A stretch of 37,005 nt of DNA from a virus. Taxonomy: Duplodnaviria > Caudoviricetes. The stretch is taken from IMG/VR virus record IMGVR_UViG_3300029171_000027, positions 1 through 37,005 of that record; one strand, 5' to 3'. The notes below the pieces were generated by a model. The model was given only the letters and a program-made list of their open reading frames with translations, searched no databases and was not told where the DNA came from. This document shows, piece by piece, positions 34,130-37,005 of this stretch. A program made the translations under genes and the position numbers. How positions within the stretch are numbered: position 1 is the first letter of the stretch; every line of letters starts with the position of its first letter.

Positions 34130-34290
34130 TTGTTCTCCTTAGTTATTGATGGGAATTTTGCAATGATTAGTTCGCTTGCTGCGTCCGCTACTGTTTCGGC
34201 GTGCCTCTGAAACCCTAGCTTACTAAGACTCGAAACAGTGGCTAGGATTAGTATAATCTGTTCTTTTAGCTTTGCGGTTCCATCGTTCAT
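34126..34290 (-). CDS. Hypothetical protein (probable start ATG 34290)
   Basis: GAAGGAATAATATG junction identical to that of the upstream gene. Confidence 0.65.
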   Translation of the reverse strand: MNDGTAKLKEQIILILATVSSLSKLGFQRHAETVADAASELIIAKFPSITKENK

Positions 34291-34291
34291 A

Positions 34292-34636
34292 TTATTCCTT
34301 CTCTTTCTCATTTACGCTCAATACTAACTTGAGAAGACTTGAACTAAGCTCATCGGCTTGTTTTTTTAATAGTCCATTCGTAACCTTAGATAGTTTTAAG
34401 TCCTCTTCTTCGCTAGCCAAAAGAAGGATTAGGTAAAGGGGCACATTCAGACTACTTGAGAGTTTCTCGAATATCTGGACAGAGGGAATTCTTCCGGCGT
34501 CTTTCGCACCATCTTTTTTATCAGATGATTCGATACGCGAAACGTAAGAAGCGTCTACGTCCAATAGTTTAGCCAAGTCCTTCTGGGTAATGCCCTTGAC
34601 CGCCCTGATTGTCCGAAATGCTTTAGCGTAGTTCAT
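34292..34636 (-). CDS. XRE/Cro-C1-type HTH regulator
   Basis: IRAVKGITQKDLAKLLDVDASYVSRIE...PS...LNV. Confidence 0.9.
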   Translation of the reverse strand: MNYAKAFRTIRAVKGITQKDLAKLLDVDASYVSRIESSDKKDGAKDAGRIPSVQIFEKLSSSLNVPLYLILLLASEEEDLKLSKVTNGLLKKQADELSSSLLKLVLSVNEKEKE

Positions 34637-34637
34637 A

Positions 34638-34832
34638 TTATTCCTTCTCTTTTTTGGCTTGGTTGCGGTCGGCTAACCAGCTAACTAGGTAGGCGTATTC
34701 GTGCTGTCCCATTCTGCCACCAACATACATCTCGAAAGCACTGCGTAAAGCTGATACATAAGGTGCGGTTAGCAGATACTGTTTTTCTTCATCGCTTAGG
34801 TTCTGGATTGTGATTTTAGTTAGCTCGCTCAT
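34638..34832 (-). CDS. Hypothetical protein
   Basis: AAGGAGG RBS. Confidence 0.7.
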   Translation of the reverse strand: MSELTKITIQNLSDEEKQYLLTAPYVSALRSAFEMYVGGRMGQHEYAYLVSWLADRNQAKKEKE

Positions 34833-35188
34833 TTTACCTCCTTGAGTAGCTCTGGATTTTCGTAGAGGTTCCCGATTACTTCACGCCTCTCGATATTTAA
34901 AAACTCTCTGTCGTCCCATTCGTCTCTTATAACGCAGCCGAATCTAGCCGACCGTTTGTCCCACCTGACTGTAAAACCGCCGTGAATTATATCGCCCTCA
35001 TAAATCTCTTTGCCGAGACGGTCAGACAAGCCTGTAAACTGCATAAGGGCAGGGTGGCCAGTAGTTAGTTGGCTATCCGCAAAAACTATGTTCGCGGTTA
35101 TTCGGCCACTTTCGGCCCAGACTAAGCAATCGACCAACCCCATTCTTTTAGTTCTCGGTTCCCACGCTCGGAACTTAATCTCCCTCAT
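34829..35188 (-). CDS. YopX-family protein, copy 2
   Basis: MREIKFRAW...MQFTGL.D..GKEIYEGDI...IGNLYENPELL. Confidence 0.92.
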   Translation of the reverse strand: MREIKFRAWEPRTKRMGLVDCLVWAESGRITANIVFADSQLTTGHPALMQFTGLSDRLGKEIYEGDIIHGGFTVRWDKRSARFGCVIRDEWDDREFLNIERREVIGNLYENPELLKEVK

Positions 35189-35556
35189 TCTGTCTCCTTG
35201 AGTAGCTCTGGATTTTCGTAGATATTCCCAATTATCTCGTCATTGTCATCGTGAAAAAGTGCTGGCCCATTTTCTAGCCTGAAGCAAGCGTTTCGGCTAT
35301 CCCAAGCTACTACAAACGATTTGGAATAGTTGAAGTCTATTAAAGACCTTTTAATGATATCGCCCTCGTAAATCTCTTTGCCGTTTTTATCTATTAAGTT
35401 TGTAAACTGCATAAGTTCAGGGTAGGTAGTAGTTACTTGTTCGTCCACATAAACTATGTTCGCGGTTATTTGGCCACTTTCGCCCCAGACTAAGCAATCA
35501 ACCAACCCTAGTCTTTTAATTGCCAAGTCCCACGCTCTAAACTTAATCTCTCTCAT
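35185..35556 (-). CDS. YopX-family protein, copy 1
   Basis: Same motifs; tandem paralogue. Confidence 0.92.
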   Translation of the reverse strand: MREIKFRAWDLAIKRLGLVDCLVWGESGQITANIVYVDEQVTTTYPELMQFTNLIDKNGKEIYEGDIIKRSLIDFNYSKSFVVAWDSRNACFRLENGPALFHDDNDEIIGNIYENPELLKETE

Positions 35557-36365
35557 TCTGTCTCCTTAGTTTCTAGTAAATCTTCAATCTTTTTTATCGT
35601 GTGTCGGACATAACACAACATCATAAAAGTATCCTCGCTGTCCTTTAGTTCGTCTCTCTGGTAGGTCTGCGTAGTCAGTTCACCCGTCTCTTTATTAAAG
35701 TGGCAGATAATAACCTGTTCAATTAATGGGTTTTCTTTCTCTTCGGCATACGCCATTAGGTAGCCGGCACACTGTAAAACAGCTTCAGGGTATATCTTAG
35801 AGCCTGTCTTGTAGTCGATTAAGGTTACCTTGCCGTCAACTTCAGCGATAACATCGAGTTTCCCTGCGTATATCGGCTTGCCCTCATCGTTACGGGCTAA
35901 GACTAAGCGTTCAGCTTGCATAAACTTCGGTTTTAGGGTTTTCATCAATGTAGCGAAAGCGGTAATGCCTCGTAAAACATTCTGGTCATCGCTCTCCACT
36001 GGTGGTATTACCAGACCCTCTATTTGAGCCTTAGCGTAGAGTTCGGCGTAATCGTGGACTTTCTTACCAATGTTGGCTGCTTCGTCCTTCTTGGCTTTGT
36101 GAGCGGTTCTAGCCAGCTCTAGGATTGGTAGTATCTCGTCAATGTGCCAGTCGGTTTTGTCTCCAATAGCTTCTAATGCTTTATCGTAGCCAAGCTTCGT
36201 TGCCCAATGGATTAACGGAGTAGATTTATCCAGTAAGCCAGAGATTGAGGTAACGGAGGGGATTGCCCCACCTCGCTTGACCTCGTTCAGGTGGTATTGG
36301 TGGTAGGTCGTCAGGATTAGCGTATCCTCGCCAATCGTTTGGCGTAGTTCGACTTTTTCACTCAT
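35553..36365 (-). CDS. PD-(D/E)XK exonuclease (recombination partner of the SSAP)
   Basis: PSVT, G..VH, E, YAGKLD, IDYKTG and Q..GY motifs. Confidence 0.88.
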   Translation of the reverse strand: MSEKVELRQTIGEDTLILTTYHQYHLNEVKRGGAIPSVTSISGLLDKSTPLIHWATKLGYDKALEAIGDKTDWHIDEILPILELARTAHKAKKDEAANIGKKVHDYAELYAKAQIEGLVIPPVESDDQNVLRGITAFATLMKTLKPKFMQAERLVLARNDEGKPIYAGKLDVIAEVDGKVTLIDYKTGSKIYPEAVLQCAGYLMAYAEEKENPLIEQVIICHFNKETGELTTQTYQRDELKDSEDTFMMLCYVRHTIKKIEDLLETKETE

Positions 36366-36541
36366 TCTGTCTCCTTAGTTTCTTCGACTAGCTTATCGCC
36401 AGAAAAATGACAAAGACTACAGAGCCAGAGTTGTTTGTCGCCTCTTTGATAAAGCCTAAGTTTGTAATCATTCTTGCACTCATTGGGTTCGTGGCCACTG
36501 AATGAGTAGAGCCCGAGTGTTGGGCATTCACATTTGTTCAT
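36362..36541 (-). CDS. 59-aa Cys-rich protein (not in ORF track)
   Basis: MNKCECPT...LWLCSLCH...KETE; GAGAGG RBS; ATGA overlap. Confidence 0.7.
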   Translation of the reverse strand: MNKCECPTLGLYSFSGHEPNECKNDYKLRLYQRGDKQLWLCSLCHFSGDKLVEETKETE

Positions 36542-36570
36542 TTTGTCCTCTCTTTTTTAAATTTTGTGGT

Positions 36571-36900
36571 TTACGAGTTTAGGAGATTGTTGACTTCGTC
36601 AGCGGTTACAGGAGCTGTCTGGACTGCTTGACCTTTAACGGTTTGGTTGTATTCCTCGACTAGTCTCTGGGCTTCAGTAAGGTTGCCTGACTGTTTAGCT
36701 TGAGCAATTCGGCTAACAAAATCTGCCTTGACCTTGTTTTTAGCAGGGTATACTGGGCTGTCAGCTAAGCGGTTGCCCTCGTCTAATTCTGGGGCAAACT
36801 GCGTGCCATAACCGCATAGGGCTAAGGCTCGACCGATACTGCCTGTTTCAGCTTTCTCTAAATAGTCTGCAAAGCCAGACTTGGTTTCGACTTTGGTAGC
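36571..36900 (-). CDS. 3' part of the Rad52/Sak-like SSAP
   Basis: In-frame continuation across the junction; stop TAA at 36573-36571. Confidence 0.75.
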   Translation of the reverse strand, partial: ATKVETKSGFADYLEKAETGSIGRALALCGYGTQFAPELDEGNRLADSPVYPAKNKVKADFVSRIAQAKQSGNLTEAQRLVEEYNQTVKGQAVQTAPVTADEVNNLLNS

Positions 36901-37005
36901 CGTGGCGATCGTGCGGTCGTTACTATCTTTGATTGTTGCTCGAAAGATTGCATATTGCTTGACTGTTTCTAGTTCGATTAAGTCAGTAGTTATTGACCAG
37001 TCTGG
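36901..37005. repeat. Terminal overlap, copy 2
   Basis: Matches 18-122. Confidence 0.97.

Noticed and set aside
34292-34636. Lysogeny repressor / temperate switch
   Set aside because: It lies mid-operon and co-directional with its neighbours; no integrase or partition genes were recognised.

Overview
The window is an essentially complete, circularly permuted ~36.9 kb tailed-phage genome. Bases 18-122 repeat at 36901-37005, giving a unit length of 36,883 bp. Bases 1-17 are a random-amplification primer tag, not phage DNA. The + strand late arm (1699-24486) carries TerS, TerL, portal, scaffold, major capsid, fibres, adaptor, nozzle, tailspike and probable ejection proteins. No tape measure is recognisable, so the virion is probably podovirus-like. 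The arm ends with an M15 endolysin, a GroES-GroEL pair and holin-like genes. The - strand early arm has an SSAP spanning the assembly junction, a PD-(D/E)XK exonuclease, SSB, an XRE HTH, two YopX paralogues, an HD-like protein, RusA and many tiny ORFs. It also has an adenine methyltransferase broken at a G10 tract. I see no integrase, polymerase, primase, helicase or initiator. The main unexplained signals are non-coding: (1) a - strand array of four -10 boxes, each driving a small structured RNA, including a 158-nt tRNA-like RNA with no anticodon arm; (2) six DnaA boxes at the divergence point; (3) shared promoter-motif-terminator leaders and an RBS pseudoknot in the late arm; (4) exact 14-25 bp RBS-start repeats, several including the upstream stop, that bracket genes like cassettes; (5) mosaics of palindromes and iteron-like repeats. 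All calls are by eye; no searches or folding programs were run.
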